In this document: piece by piece, positions 1 to 9,974 of the stretch
Layout: every line of letters starts with the position of its first letter
Position numbering within the stretch: position 1 is the stretch's first letter
Origin: a virus
Lineage: Duplodnaviria; Caudoviricetes
Virus record (IMG/VR): IMGVR_UViG_3300037634_000022
Location: 1 to 31,885 of that record
DNA: 31,885 nt
Strand: one strand, 5' to 3'
Made by a program: the position numbers and the translations under genes
The notes under the pieces: generated by a model
Databases searched by the model: none
What the model was told of the DNA's origin: nothing
Seen by the model: only the letters and a program-made list of their open reading frames with translations

Positions 1-1
1 T

Positions 2-1168
2 CGGCAAGCAATACAGAAAAGAAATTTAGACACTGCAATAGCCGAAGAACGTGCCTTAACAGGAAAAGACCCAACTGGTCCCGGACCAGATTTACACTAT
101 TTCGGGGAAGATGTAGTAGAGAAGGCTCAACCAGACTTTATGCTAGAGCTTCTTGAAAGAGCGGCAAAAGATCCAGAGCTTGCAAAAGTGGCTAAAGGAA
201 CAACGCCATCTTTAATTGATATAGCAGAAGAAATAGGAACTACTACTCCAAGACCTAAAGGCCATACACAAGTAAAAAGATTAAGAGATATTAATGAGGA
301 AACCCTTGAATCTGGTCAATGGCCTTCCCGAAGAGGCAAAGGGAAATGGGATGAAGCCGCACAAGAATGGAAATATAAAACAATTCCCGGAGGATTGTTA
401 AAAGAAGAACACGTAAAAGGACTTGAATCTAGAATTCGACAAGCTGATAAAACATTGGCAGAAACAGGAACTGCCGTTGGTAATCCAAAACTTACTGATG
501 AGGGTCCGAATGTATTTGGCGAAACTGCTGGTCCAGTAGGGACAGCAAAAGTAAGGGATGCTACTCCTGATACCCGTGCAAGAGATCGTGAAGGCGCTCT
601 TACTGAATACGAATCTACTAAGCCGTATGATGAAGGCACAAGAACAGCACAACAACTTCCACCGGGACGCGCAAAAGGTGCCGGTCCAGTTGATATGGAA
701 GGATTGTCTCCAGAAGATTCAGTTAGTAGATCCCATATAAGCTCCGAAGAATTAACGATGGACGACCCAAAAGCGCAAGAAGCTATGCTTGATGTATTTG
801 GAGATGAAACACAAAAAGAAGCTGACAGAATTAGAGCTATTATTGATGACCCTGCTCATCCACAATTGTCTCCTAATCTTGAACGCGAAGTTGCCATGAG
901 CTTTGCCGAAGATAGTATTAAAGCCAAAAAGGTTGATGCTCTTGCTAAACAGGCTTTTGATTACTTAGCTAATGTTGAAAAAGGGTTAGTGCTTCCTAAA
1001 GGAATAGACGATCCAGCAGTCAACAAACAGTTGTATAACTCTAAAAGAATGTTACACAAATTCCGTACTGAGCTAGCCCGTGGGGCTGAAACTGCAAGAA
1101 AAGAGAATGATCCAGAAATTCTTGAGGCACTAATTAGCAGATTACTCAGTCCACCGAAAGGACGATAG
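2..1168 (+). CDS. Hypothetical hydrophilic protein, 5'-truncated by the window edge (possibly virion-associated)
   Basis: The frame of ORF 140..1168 stays open back to base 2 (RQAIQKRNLDTAIAEERALTG...). It is charged and low-complexity with no terminase motifs. Its stop is 1 nt before the portal ATG. Confidence 0.75.
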   Translation, partial: RQAIQKRNLDTAIAEERALTGKDPTGPGPDLHYFGEDVVEKAQPDFMLELLERAAKDPELAKVAKGTTPSLIDIAEEIGTTTPRPKGHTQVKRLRDINEETLESGQWPSRRGKGKWDEAAQEWKYKTIPGGLLKEEHVKGLESRIRQADKTLAETGTAVGNPKLTDEGPNVFGETAGPVGTAKVRDATPDTRARDREGALTEYESTKPYDEGTRTAQQLPPGRAKGAGPVDMEGLSPEDSVSRSHISSEELTMDDPKAQEAMLDVFGDETQKEADRIRAIIDDPAHPQLSPNLEREVAMSFAEDSIKAKKVDALAKQAFDYLANVEKGLVLPKGIDDPAVNKQLYNSKRMLHKFRTELARGAETARKENDPEILEALISRLLSPPKGR

Positions 1169-1169
1169 A

Positions 1170-3374
1170 ATGGCTGATGAAGATCAAATCCCGACAGACG
1201 TAGAAACTAATATCGACCAATCACTCGATAAGAAACCTACTCGTCGTAAGCGTCAACCTACTTACCAAGTAGTAGGCGATAGCAAGATTCCTGTGTCTAA
1301 AGCCAATGGTAAGTTGTGGAAATCACGACTCGCTCAATGGCGAAAAGTATCTGATGAAGTAGCTGATACTTGGGAAGAAGCCATTAGATATTTCGATAAT
1401 GATCAGACCAAGCATCGACTTCCAACTGAACATGCAGCCGGTAATCTTATTGGAAATCAAAGACTTAACAATAACATAACCGAAACAGAGAACGTAGTAT
1501 TCAGTAACATTACTACTATGGTTCCAGCTTTGTATGCTAGGAACCCAAATGCAGAATTCACGAGTGCTACAGAATCCAACAAAAGATTCGCAACTATACT
1601 TGAACGATTAGTTAATGTAATCGGAACAAGACGAGCGACTCCAGGAATCAATCTAAAGCCTAAAGCAAAGCGTTGTGTAGTTACTACTCTACTAACTAAC
1701 CGTTCATGGCTTGAATTGAATTGGGTACATAAACAAGACAGTAGTGATCAAGCACTAGAGGACTTAGAGCAACTAGCAAAAGATTTGCAGAAAGCTAAGA
1801 AGCCTCAACAGATTACTGAGATTGAAGGAAAGATTGATGCTCTTGAAAAGGGAATCGACATTCTTCAACCAGCAGGTCCGACTGTTAAAGTCCGTTCGCC
1901 ATTTGATGTAGCAGTAGATCCTAATAGTAAAGAGTTAGATATATCTGACGCTAATTGGATAATGATACGGGATTACCTACCAACTACTTTCATTCTAGCT
2001 AGATATGCTGAGAAGAAAAAAGGTAGTGAAGAGTATAAGTCTATCTATAAGCCTACTCATATTATGAAGGCCAAGATAAACGAAGATGATGAAGCACATG
2101 ATGATGATGTGTTCTCTGTCTACGAATCAAAAGAGAAGATGACTAACTTTGGATTCGATGATGAAGAGACATTTGAACGTGCTAAGATGACTGAAGTGTG
2201 GATGGTATGGGATAAGATTACCCGCCGTGTACTTATGTATAACAGTAAAGATTGGACTTGGCCCATTTGGGTTTGGGATGATCCACTACAACTAGATACA
2301 TTCTATCCACTATACCCACTTTGTTTCTACGATGGTCCGCGTGGCCCACTGACTAAAGGTGAAGTTACTTATTACTTGGATCAACAAGATGCTATTAATG
2401 AGATAACTGATGAAGAACGTAGAGCAAGAAGGTGGGCCAGACGTAATATATTCTACAACAAGAATCTTGTAGAAAGAGAAGATGCCGAAGCTGTTCTTAA
2501 TGGTGATGATGGAACAGCTAGAGGAATTAATATTCCTGAAGGGATGAAGATAACTGATGTCATTGGGTCTGTTGTACCGCCATCTATGCAGTTCACACAA
2601 TTATTCGATAAAGAGAATAAGTACCGCGCGATTGATCGTATATCGAGTGTGGGAGAAGTTTTGCGAGGAGCGCAATTCAAAACCAATACAACTAACGATG
2701 CAGTTCAAGCCAACGTATCGGCGTCTAATATGCGAGTGGACGAAAAGTCTGACCAGATCGAAGATTGGATTGGTTCGATCTATTGGGGAGTGGCTCAACT
2801 GTGTCTTCAGTTCATGGATGTCGAAACCGTTGTTAGTCTCATTGGAGAAGAAGCCAGAGAAGTTTGGCAGAATATGTCGGCGCAAGAAATCAGAGATAAC
2901 TTCTCGATTCAAGTTGTTGGTGGAAGTACTAAGAAGCCAACTTCACAAGCTAAGAAAGAAGAAGCTCTTGAACTTGGACAAGTTCTCGGACAGTTCGTTA
3001 ATGCTGCTCCCGGACCAGTACTTAAAATCATGCTTGAAGTTATGCAAGAAGCATTTGATGAAGTTACAATTCGTGAAGAAGATTGGACGACGATATTACA
3101 GGCTGTAGAACAACAAGCAGGGGCGCAACAACAAGGCCCACAACAAGGTGCGCCACAGGGTGCGCCGCAACAAGGTCAACCACAACAACCACAACAAGGT
3201 GGAGGACAACAACAAATTCCTCCCGAACAGTTACAACAAATATTAGAGCAATTACCAACGGAGGTTAAAGCTCAAGTAGCACAAGCTATTGATAGTGGAA
3301 TGCCTCCACAAGAAGCGTTGCAAGCTGCGATGTCACAGATGCAACAACAACAACCACAACCGCCAATGCAATAA
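1170..3374 (+). CDS. Portal (head-tail connector) protein, P22-like podovirus type
   Basis: 734 aa at the head of the capsid operon. Portal-like segments include VRSPFDVAVDP, VWMVWDK and LDQQDAINE, with a Q/P/G-rich disordered C-terminus. Confidence 0.85.
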   Translation: MADEDQIPTDVETNIDQSLDKKPTRRKRQPTYQVVGDSKIPVSKANGKLWKSRLAQWRKVSDEVADTWEEAIRYFDNDQTKHRLPTEHAAGNLIGNQRLNNNITETENVVFSNITTMVPALYARNPNAEFTSATESNKRFATILERLVNVIGTRRATPGINLKPKAKRCVVTTLLTNRSWLELNWVHKQDSSDQALEDLEQLAKDLQKAKKPQQITEIEGKIDALEKGIDILQPAGPTVKVRSPFDVAVDPNSKELDISDANWIMIRDYLPTTFILARYAEKKKGSEEYKSIYKPTHIMKAKINEDDEAHDDDVFSVYESKEKMTNFGFDDEETFERAKMTEVWMVWDKITRRVLMYNSKDWTWPIWVWDDPLQLDTFYPLYPLCFYDGPRGPLTKGEVTYYLDQQDAINEITDEERRARRWARRNIFYNKNLVEREDAEAVLNGDDGTARGINIPEGMKITDVIGSVVPPSMQFTQLFDKENKYRAIDRISSVGEVLRGAQFKTNTTNDAVQANVSASNMRVDEKSDQIEDWIGSIYWGVAQLCLQFMDVETVVSLIGEEAREVWQNMSAQEIRDNFSIQVVGGSTKKPTSQAKKEEALELGQVLGQFVNAAPGPVLKIMLEVMQEAFDEVTIREEDWTTILQAVEQQAGAQQQGPQQGAPQGAPQQGQPQQPQQGGGQQQIPPEQLQQILEQLPTEVKAQVAQAIDSGMPPQEALQAAMSQMQQQQPQPPMQ
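3110..3371 (+). repeat. Low-complexity CAA-rich repeats encoding the Q/P/G portal tail
   Basis: Repeated caacaa/ccacaa units encode QQQGPQQGAPQGAPQQGQPQQPQQ... Confidence 0.8.
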
Positions 3375-3388
3375 GGGGATGACTTATT

Positions 3389-4363
3389 ATGGCTGAAGAA
3401 GAACTAAGTACCGACGAAGCTATTCTTGAATCTATTGGAGAAGGAGCCTCGTTAGATGAACCGACTACTGAAGAAACGACAGAAGTTGATACTTCGGAGG
3501 CGCAAGAATCTAGTCCAGAAGCACCACAAGCCGATAGTGGACAAAGTGGTGAAGCTGGCACTGGAGGAGAGCCTCAACAACAACAAAATCGTGGTCCCCA
3601 AGACCTCGTTGATAGAGAAGGAAATGTAATAGCTAGAGGTGGAAAAGAACGCCGCTTCTACGAACAATTACAGACTTCTAAGCAACAATCAGCCTCATTA
3701 AATCAGCAAGTCCAACAGTTACAAGGACAGTTGGAAGCTATTAATGGTGCTGGTACTTTGGGAACACAATACGATCTTTCCCCAGAAGAACTTACAACTG
3801 GCGCACAATTAGTTAAGTCCTTCAAAGATGATCCTGTTAATACTGTCAAATACTTATTGACACAAGCTCAAGCAGCAGGACATAATATTGAGGATATCGG
3901 TGCTGGTGGCGCAGATATGTCTGCTATAAAGCAGATGATAACTGAAGCTATTTCCCCACTAGCCTCCGAACAACAACAAAGAGTTGAAGCGGAACAAAAT
4001 AGACAGCAAGCAGTACAAGTTTACCAAGGCTTTATGTCTAAATTTCCTGATGCTAATGTTCACGAAGACTCACTGGCCCGGCTTCTAGAATCTGATAAAT
4101 CTTTAACACCAGAAGCTGCGTATTTTAAGTTAAAGAGTTTCTTTCTAGAGAGAAATCTAGATTGGAACACTCCTCTGGAAGCCCACGCTCAACAAGAGCA
4201 GCAGCGGCAACAGACTCCAGAAGTTAATACGCAACAATCGCTTCCTTCTGGTGGGAATGTTCCCGTCCAGAATGTTACAGACACAGCAGATATTGCTGAT
4301 GTTGGAACTTCATATGATGACATCATTCGTCAGAGTATGAGAGATGCAAACATTCAGATCTAG
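3389..4363 (+). CDS. Capsid scaffolding protein
   Basis: Lies between portal and MCP. Acidic disordered N-terminus, coiled-coil Q-rich centre and a short C-terminal helix (SYDDIIRQSMRDA). Confidence 0.8.
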   Translation: MAEEELSTDEAILESIGEGASLDEPTTEETTEVDTSEAQESSPEAPQADSGQSGEAGTGGEPQQQQNRGPQDLVDREGNVIARGGKERRFYEQLQTSKQQSASLNQQVQQLQGQLEAINGAGTLGTQYDLSPEELTTGAQLVKSFKDDPVNTVKYLLTQAQAAGHNIEDIGAGGADMSAIKQMITEAISPLASEQQQRVEAEQNRQQAVQVYQGFMSKFPDANVHEDSLARLLESDKSLTPEAAYFKLKSFFLERNLDWNTPLEAHAQQEQQRQQTPEVNTQQSLPSGGNVPVQNVTDTADIADVGTSYDDIIRQSMRDANIQI

Positions 4364-4372
4364 GAGTAAAAG

Positions 4373-5332
4373 ATGGCAAGCACCCCAATCGCAACCGTCT
4401 TGAATTCCACGCTGACTCGTTCGCGTAAGAAGCTGATCATGGCTTCTATTAAGTCTAACGCTCTTATGGCTTGGGCTTTTGCGAACAATCGGGTGGAGTT
4501 TGAAGATGGTGGTCACGAGATCACGAATCCGTTGACTCTCGGACGTAACCCAAACATTTCGTCGTACGAATACTACGACGAACTGCCGATTGCTCAAACT
4601 AGCGAATTCGACACAGTTACTTATAACTGGTCGCGTGTTGCTGGTTCTGTAGTAATCTCCGACCAAGAAGAAGATGAGAACCGTGGTACGGCTGAAATCT
4701 TTAAATTGATGAAAGCCAAGATTGATGTCTTGGAAGAGTCAATTAAAGAGAAGTTCAGTGCTTATCTTTATGGTTCTTCTGCTGGTACGGACCCAAATGG
4801 TATTTCTACGCTAGTTCCAGATGATCCGACGACAGGTACGGTTGGTAATATCAATCGTGCTAATGAAAGCCAGTGGCGCACATCGGCTTATGACTTCAAT
4901 GGTAACTTGGACTCAACGAACATTGAAGAAGCCTTTGATGATATGCTCATGGATTTGACGCTCAAAGGAGACAAGCCTGACTTGATCCTTTGTGGCCGTA
5001 ATCTCTATCGGCACTATCGTACCGCAGTGCGGGATAAGGTTGTTATCAACTTGTCCGAATCTAATTCTGGCAAGAAGATGATGGACTTGGGATTTGCTGG
5101 CGTAAAACACCAAGCGATTCCAATGCTTTACGATGAGGATTGCCCTGTTAACAAGGCTTACTTCATCAACAGCAAGTACATTCGCTTGCACATTCTGAAG
5201 CATGTCAACATGAAGGTAAAAGAGCTAGTCGCCCCTTGGACGATTGACGCTCATGGACGCCGAATTGTTTGGCAAGGTCAGTGGTGCTTGTGGAAGGCTT
5301 TCCGCACCCATGCAGTTCTTATTAACTCGTAA
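4373..5332 (+). CDS. Major capsid protein (HK97 fold, podovirus type)
   Basis: 319 aa with an AGGAG RBS. Motifs GGHEITNPL, YNWSRVAGSVVISDQEEDEN and TGTVGNINRA..QWR are typical of this podoviral MCP family. Confidence 0.9.
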   Translation: MASTPIATVLNSTLTRSRKKLIMASIKSNALMAWAFANNRVEFEDGGHEITNPLTLGRNPNISSYEYYDELPIAQTSEFDTVTYNWSRVAGSVVISDQEEDENRGTAEIFKLMKAKIDVLEESIKEKFSAYLYGSSAGTDPNGISTLVPDDPTTGTVGNINRANESQWRTSAYDFNGNLDSTNIEEAFDDMLMDLTLKGDKPDLILCGRNLYRHYRTAVRDKVVINLSESNSGKKMMDLGFAGVKHQAIPMLYDEDCPVNKAYFINSKYIRLHILKHVNMKVKELVAPWTIDAHGRRIVWQGQWCLWKAFRTHAVLINS

Positions 5333-5349
5333 TATGGAGGTTGAAGGGG

Positions 5350-5709
5350 ATGTCAAATATTAGACCTCGTTATGAAGTACACAAACTAGAAGGCAAAGTT
5401 GAACACGAAGTCTTTAAGATGCGTGTTGACGATGATGGTAAACCTTCGGGCGGCTTCGAATCTGAAATAGTAAAAGAAGATGCTGGCTGGATGGTCTACT
5501 TTCCTAACGGAGCTTCTATCCGTGTACGCGATGAACCAGAACTAAAGCGCCTTGGTTTCGATAAGAGTGCTGACCTGATTGATATGGACAGCGGCGATGT
5601 CGTTGGAAGTACGGGTCAGACTTCTCTTAAAGCTAGATCGGAACAACTAACTAGTCGTGGACGAAAGACTCGTCCATCAGTCATACAGACCGCAGATAAT
5701 GGAGAATAA
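5350..5709 (+). CDS. Hypothetical protein of the capsid operon
   Basis: GGAGG at 5336-5340 is correctly spaced for ATG 5350, not for TTG 5341. It fills the gap between the MCP and the next gene. Confidence 0.75.
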   Translation: MSNIRPRYEVHKLEGKVEHEVFKMRVDDDGKPSGGFESEIVKEDAGWMVYFPNGASIRVRDEPELKRLGFDKSADLIDMDSGDVVGSTGQTSLKARSEQLTSRGRKTRPSVIQTADNGE

Positions 5710-5711
5710 TT

Positions 5712-6755
5712 ATGTCTAGGGTCATTCAAGATTATCACCCGCGTTCCATTAGCCAGTATGTTCCTAACATGGAATTTGCTGCTGATGTAGTAGGTGATGT
5801 GCATATTGTAGCACTCGGAAGTCCGGCTGCTGCTGATGCTGACGGTATTTGGGATGGAGTAAGTGCTACTAATAGTGACACTTCTTATACAAGTTCCGAC
5901 TTTAAGAACACCTTTGATGGTAGTTCTACGTCACTAACCTCAACTTCTGGCATGATCGACGCTACTTATGGTCGTTGTCTTACTGCTACGGGTTCCGGTG
6001 GTTCAAACCATGTATGCACGATCTCTGGTCGTGACTATCTTGGTCAACGGATGCAAGAGAGTCTTACTCTCTCCGGGACTACTGTTATTCACGGCAATAA
6101 GGCGTTTAAGTACGTTGATTCCATAGCTATTGCTTCTGGAGCAGCCAGTGATACTGCTGATATCGGTTGGTCGGATCGTCTTGGTCTTCCTTATAAGGCC
6201 CAGAAGATTCTTTCTTACACCGAGAACGATGTAAGTATGCCTGTTGATCCGGTAGAAGTTGCTGTTGAAGTAGATGCAACCCGATTCGCCGCTGGAACCG
6301 ATTGCGTGGTTCCTTCGCCGGTAGCTGGACAAATTACTGGAGTTAATTCAGTAGTTACTACTGCTACTTCGGGAACTTCAACTGCTACTGTTGTAGTTGG
6401 TTCTACAGATGTTGGTGGACTCTCTATCGTAATTGCTGGCTCCTCTGGAGTTGCAACTACAGATAGTGACACAGCAACTACTGATGACGATCAAGCAACG
6501 AGTACTGTCGCTAAATATGGTGCTATGGGGATTTCTCCCGATAGTACTCCTAGTGGTGGTGCCGCCAACTACTTCGTCACGGTAGAACCGCTCACGTTTG
6601 TAGCTGGACCTGATACCGACCCACAAACTGCGACAACGGAAGACCCGCGAGGGACTATCCTTGTCACTACAGATTGTGATGGCAGCAATGCCTATGAGGT
6701 TCGTTACAACGTAGACACCGCTGATCTTCACGGTGTTGAGCAGTATAACGGCTAA
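5712..6755 (+). CDS. Putative capsid decoration/minor structural protein
   Basis: 347 aa, T/S/G/A/D-rich and beta-rich, with a GGAG RBS. The motif TISGRDYLGQRMQE...GNKAFKYVDSI resembles phage virion proteins. It sits just before the hairpin that closes the capsid block. Confidence 0.6.
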   Translation: MSRVIQDYHPRSISQYVPNMEFAADVVGDVHIVALGSPAAADADGIWDGVSATNSDTSYTSSDFKNTFDGSSTSLTSTSGMIDATYGRCLTATGSGGSNHVCTISGRDYLGQRMQESLTLSGTTVIHGNKAFKYVDSIAIASGAASDTADIGWSDRLGLPYKAQKILSYTENDVSMPVDPVEVAVEVDATRFAAGTDCVVPSPVAGQITGVNSVVTTATSGTSTATVVVGSTDVGGLSIVIAGSSGVATTDSDTATTDDDQATSTVAKYGAMGISPDSTPSGGAANYFVTVEPLTFVAGPDTDPQTATTEDPRGTILVTTDCDGSNAYEVRYNVDTADLHGVEQYNG

Positions 6756-6762
6756 TTAGGCA

Positions 6763-6799
6763 GGGTGGGGATGTTTAGCCTCCCCTTCCATCCCCACCC
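6763..6799 (+). terminator. Stem-loop after the capsid genes (terminator, attenuator or processing site)
   Basis: Perfect 11-bp stem GGGTGGGGATG/CATCCCCACCC with a 15-nt loop, followed only by a weak U-tract (ACTTAATT). Confidence 0.6.
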
Positions 6800-6807
6800 A
6801 CTTAATT

Positions 6808-7482
6808 ATGGCAACATTAGCCCAATTAGTAACTAGAACCGCTGACCGTCTTTCGATGGTCGCGGGTACTGGTGTTCAGGTATACGCAGAAGATCGTATA
6901 GCTGAAATGATCCAACATAAATTTGATGTGCTATTTGATGAAGTCTTCTGGCCTCAGTTTATGTCTTGGGAAGAATTAACTCTGGATGGTACGCTTGGAA
7001 TCGTCACCACGGATCTAGCCAGTAAAGTCAAAAGATTCGATGATATTAGAGTCGTATTTGCAGACAACTCTAATACTCCACTAACAAAGTTAGCTGGACT
7101 TACCACTAATCCATTCGAATTAAGTGGCACAACTCCTGTTCACTATGAGCCACTAGGAGTTGGCAGTACTTACAAAGCCTCAAGAGTATTCCAAGTATGG
7201 CCTAAAGCATCTACTGGAAAGATCATAGTCCAGTATAGAACCAAGCCAGACACATTTGTTAGTACTGACGAAATAGACTTTGATGATCAGGCACTCATTC
7301 TTGGATCAGTATTCGACTATCTAGAAGATGACGGTACTAATCCTAATGCTAGTCAGAAGTTCCAACTGATGTTTGAAGCCAGAGTTAAACAGTTGAAGAA
7401 CCTGTTCAATGCTGCACCTATCAGCCTTGATCCTGTTACTTCTCTACCTAATAGCTTTACATTTACTGAATTACCAACGTAA
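6808..7482 (+). CDS. Head-tail adaptor (tail tubular protein A-like)
   Basis: 224 aa. The N-terminal MATLAQLVTRTADRL helix and the WPQF motif are typical of podovirus adaptors. It precedes the nozzle with a TAATG overlap. Confidence 0.7.
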   Translation: MATLAQLVTRTADRLSMVAGTGVQVYAEDRIAEMIQHKFDVLFDEVFWPQFMSWEELTLDGTLGIVTTDLASKVKRFDDIRVVFADNSNTPLTKLAGLTTNPFELSGTTPVHYEPLGVGSTYKASRVFQVWPKASTGKIIVQYRTKPDTFVSTDEIDFDDQALILGSVFDYLEDDGTNPNASQKFQLMFEARVKQLKNLFNAAPISLDPVTSLPNSFTFTELPT

Positions 7483-9290
7483 TGGTTGATACATTCCTAT
7501 TCCCTAAAGATAGAAAAATACAGCGATCTAATAATCTATTAGACGCAACCATTCGAGATTTCTCTGGTGGATGGAATGTTATTGATAACGATCTAAACCT
7601 TACTACTAAGTTCAGTAAGATTCTCCGTAACATGCAGCGGAATGAAGATGGATCAAATGCTGTTAGACATGGAACCAAGTTATTCGCTGATACTTCTGAA
7701 CACCTAGATGCCATCATCGCCTGTGAATATTACTCTGGCAGTATTATATGCGTAGGTAAAAATGGGAAGCTAGTTAGAGTTGATAGTGCAGGGAATGTAT
7801 ACGAAATCTGGTCAGATGCTTGGGCCAATGGCCTTCCAGGAAATCCTGATGGATGGGCTACTGGATTAACTTTTGCCTCGTTCGCAATATTTAGTGGCTC
7901 ATTGATAGTAGCAAATGGAATCAATAAGCCTCTTATAATTAACTCTGGTCTAAGCTGTGAATACTTAAATGATCCAGCTAATGGATCTAATGCTAATACG
8001 CCTATAGCCAAATATTTATTGGCTCATGGACGGTATTTAGTAATGGCCGGTGATTCAGCAGCACCAGACCGTATTCATATATCTTCTACAGATACATCTG
8101 GTGTTTGGGTAGGTGATGGCGCACCTAACGATTCAGTAGCACTTGATCTAGGTACAAGAGTTCCAAGTGGAAGTTCCACAATAAAAGGGCTAGGTAGTTT
8201 CCGTGATAGCATACTTGTGTTTTTTGATGATGCTATTCTACCGGGATCATTAGGAACATTTACAGATTCCAATCATACTCCAACATTTACTGATGCGATT
8301 GAAGGACATGGATCTGTATCTCATCGAGTAATCCAGACAATCGGTGAAGATGTTCTGTTTGCTGATCAGATTGGAGTTAGTAGTGTCAACCGTGCATTGT
8401 TCACTGGATCAGTAAGACCAGAAAGATTCTCTCAGTTGGTTGATCCCGAAATACAAAGAGATATCAACAACTTAACTAGTACCGCGGCCTTGGAAGATAG
8501 AACGTTCAGTGTGTTCGATAGCCAAGCTAGAGACTATATGTTGATGATTCCTAATGCCGATTTAACTGATAACACTACAGAGACTCGGACATTTGTATTT
8601 AAGAAGAATGAGACTCTAAAGATTGAGGCTTGGTATGAGTTCAAGAATTGGAACTGGTCATCAGCCTGTAGGTCTGCATTAAAGAGGCTATTCTTCTCTA
8701 GTGGCACTGAACTGTTTATTTACGGAACTGAGCAAGATCCAATAAGAAAGGATCGTGAAGGTTCAGAAGAAATGTTTGATGACGATCTTCCATTCGAAGA
8801 TTATACTGGATTTACTCCAGTAGCAGATACAGCAGACAGTGGAGTGCCAATTCCATTTGTCTGGGAACTTCCCTGGTCGGACTCTGGGCAGAGATTCCTA
8901 ACTAAATCCAGTAGGTATATTAACTTCGACACTCTCGGAGACAATAAATTTACTGCCAATATGTTCACAGATAATATATACAAGGACAAGCGGGACTTCG
9001 GTGAAGATTGGGAAGAAGACTCGTTAAAGTTTGATGATAGTCTAGGATTCGATGTTGATGTTCTTGATCCTACTTTAGAGATGGTATTCGAAGGTGGAGA
9101 TAGCCCAGGATTTGGTGCTGATGAGTTCGGCGAAGATTATGGTGGAGGGCGGCCAACAAGATTAGAACAGTTGTATGCTTGGACAAGTCGTTATAAAATA
9201 ATGAAACTTCGTATGTCTGGTGAAGCAACAAAAGCCCTAAAGTTTGTTTCTATTACAATGGCCTATTCCGTAGGCTCGCCAAGGAGATAG
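7482..9290 (+). CDS. Tail nozzle / tubular protein B (P22 gp10-like stabilisation protein)
   Basis: 602 aa beta-propeller-like protein. DFSGGWN...LRNM...VRHG N-terminus and RIHISS, GSVSHRVI motifs, in the canonical position. Confidence 0.75.
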   Translation: MVDTFLFPKDRKIQRSNNLLDATIRDFSGGWNVIDNDLNLTTKFSKILRNMQRNEDGSNAVRHGTKLFADTSEHLDAIIACEYYSGSIICVGKNGKLVRVDSAGNVYEIWSDAWANGLPGNPDGWATGLTFASFAIFSGSLIVANGINKPLIINSGLSCEYLNDPANGSNANTPIAKYLLAHGRYLVMAGDSAAPDRIHISSTDTSGVWVGDGAPNDSVALDLGTRVPSGSSTIKGLGSFRDSILVFFDDAILPGSLGTFTDSNHTPTFTDAIEGHGSVSHRVIQTIGEDVLFADQIGVSSVNRALFTGSVRPERFSQLVDPEIQRDINNLTSTAALEDRTFSVFDSQARDYMLMIPNADLTDNTTETRTFVFKKNETLKIEAWYEFKNWNWSSACRSALKRLFFSSGTELFIYGTEQDPIRKDREGSEEMFDDDLPFEDYTGFTPVADTADSGVPIPFVWELPWSDSGQRFLTKSSRYINFDTLGDNKFTANMFTDNIYKDKRDFGEDWEEDSLKFDDSLGFDVDVLDPTLEMVFEGGDSPGFGADEFGEDYGGGRPTRLEQLYAWTSRYKIMKLRMSGEATKALKFVSITMAYSVGSPRR

Positions 9291-9293
9291 AAA

Positions 9294-9545
9294 ATGGCAA
9301 GTGCAGTTGACGCAACATTTCCCGCTGATAATACGAAAGTCTCTAAGGCTACGTTTAGAGCGCAAATGTTGACGATTAAAGACGAGATTTCTGCGCTCCA
9401 ACAACGGACAAGTGTTGCTGGAGCAAAAGCATTTTATGGCTTTTTGTCCGAGTCAGAAGTGCAAGATGCAGTTGTTAGGCATCACAATGTTGTGGCTCCT
9501 AGCGATTTGCCCAGGGATATAGCACTAGGTCGGGCATCACTTTAA
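9294..9545 (+). CDS. Small tail protein resembling a stand-alone fibre N-terminal anchor
   Basis: 83 aa with an AAGGAG RBS. The pattern MAS.VD.T.P......FRAQ...IKDEISALQ resembles coiled-coil fibre anchors. Confidence 0.6.
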   Translation: MASAVDATFPADNTKVSKATFRAQMLTIKDEISALQQRTSVAGAKAFYGFLSESEVQDAVVRHHNVVAPSDLPRDIALGRASL

Positions 9546-9557
9546 TAGGAGTTAATT

Positions 9558-9959
9558 ATGGCTGATAAAATTGGAGTTCTCGGAGAAGCTACTACAGCTA
9601 CTGCGGCAACTACTACTGTTTACACTGTCCCGTCGGGGAAAGCTGCTAAAGTTAAGATCATGTGGTCAGGCCGATCAGATGCATCAAACGCTGATGGTGA
9701 TCTAACCATTACTGTTAATGCAATAGCGGTAGCAATTGTAAGTAATATGACTGCGGATCGTTATTTGCATTCTAATAGTACGTTAATGGTTAATCCAGAG
9801 ACTTCTGCTCCACCAACGGGGGCTACTGCACTGTTGACTGTAGCTCCAGCACCTTTTGAGTATTATTTGTCTGCTGGTGATACTGTTACATACACAGTTG
9901 CAACACGAACAATGCAAGCTCTGAATGTTCAAGTAGTTGGGACTGAGATTGACGTATAA
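9558..9959 (+). CDS. Small virion structural protein (beta-sandwich)
   Basis: 133 aa with an AGGAG RBS. The TTVYTVPSG...YLSAGDTV...VVGTEI pattern is common in marine phage tail proteins. Confidence 0.65.
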   Translation: MADKIGVLGEATTATAATTTVYTVPSGKAAKVKIMWSGRSDASNADGDLTITVNAIAVAIVSNMTADRYLHSNSTLMVNPETSAPPTGATALLTVAPAPFEYYLSAGDTVTYTVATRTMQALNVQVVGTEIDV

Positions 9960-9974
9960 GCTGAAGGAATAGTT

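Noticed and set aside
2557-3108. 183-aa alternative-frame ORF inside the portal
   Set aside because: No SD or recognisable motif, so it is most likely an off-frame shadow.
3110-3371. CAA repeats as a possible array or CRISPR-like element
   Set aside because: They are in-frame low-complexity coding repeats with no repeat-spacer periodicity.
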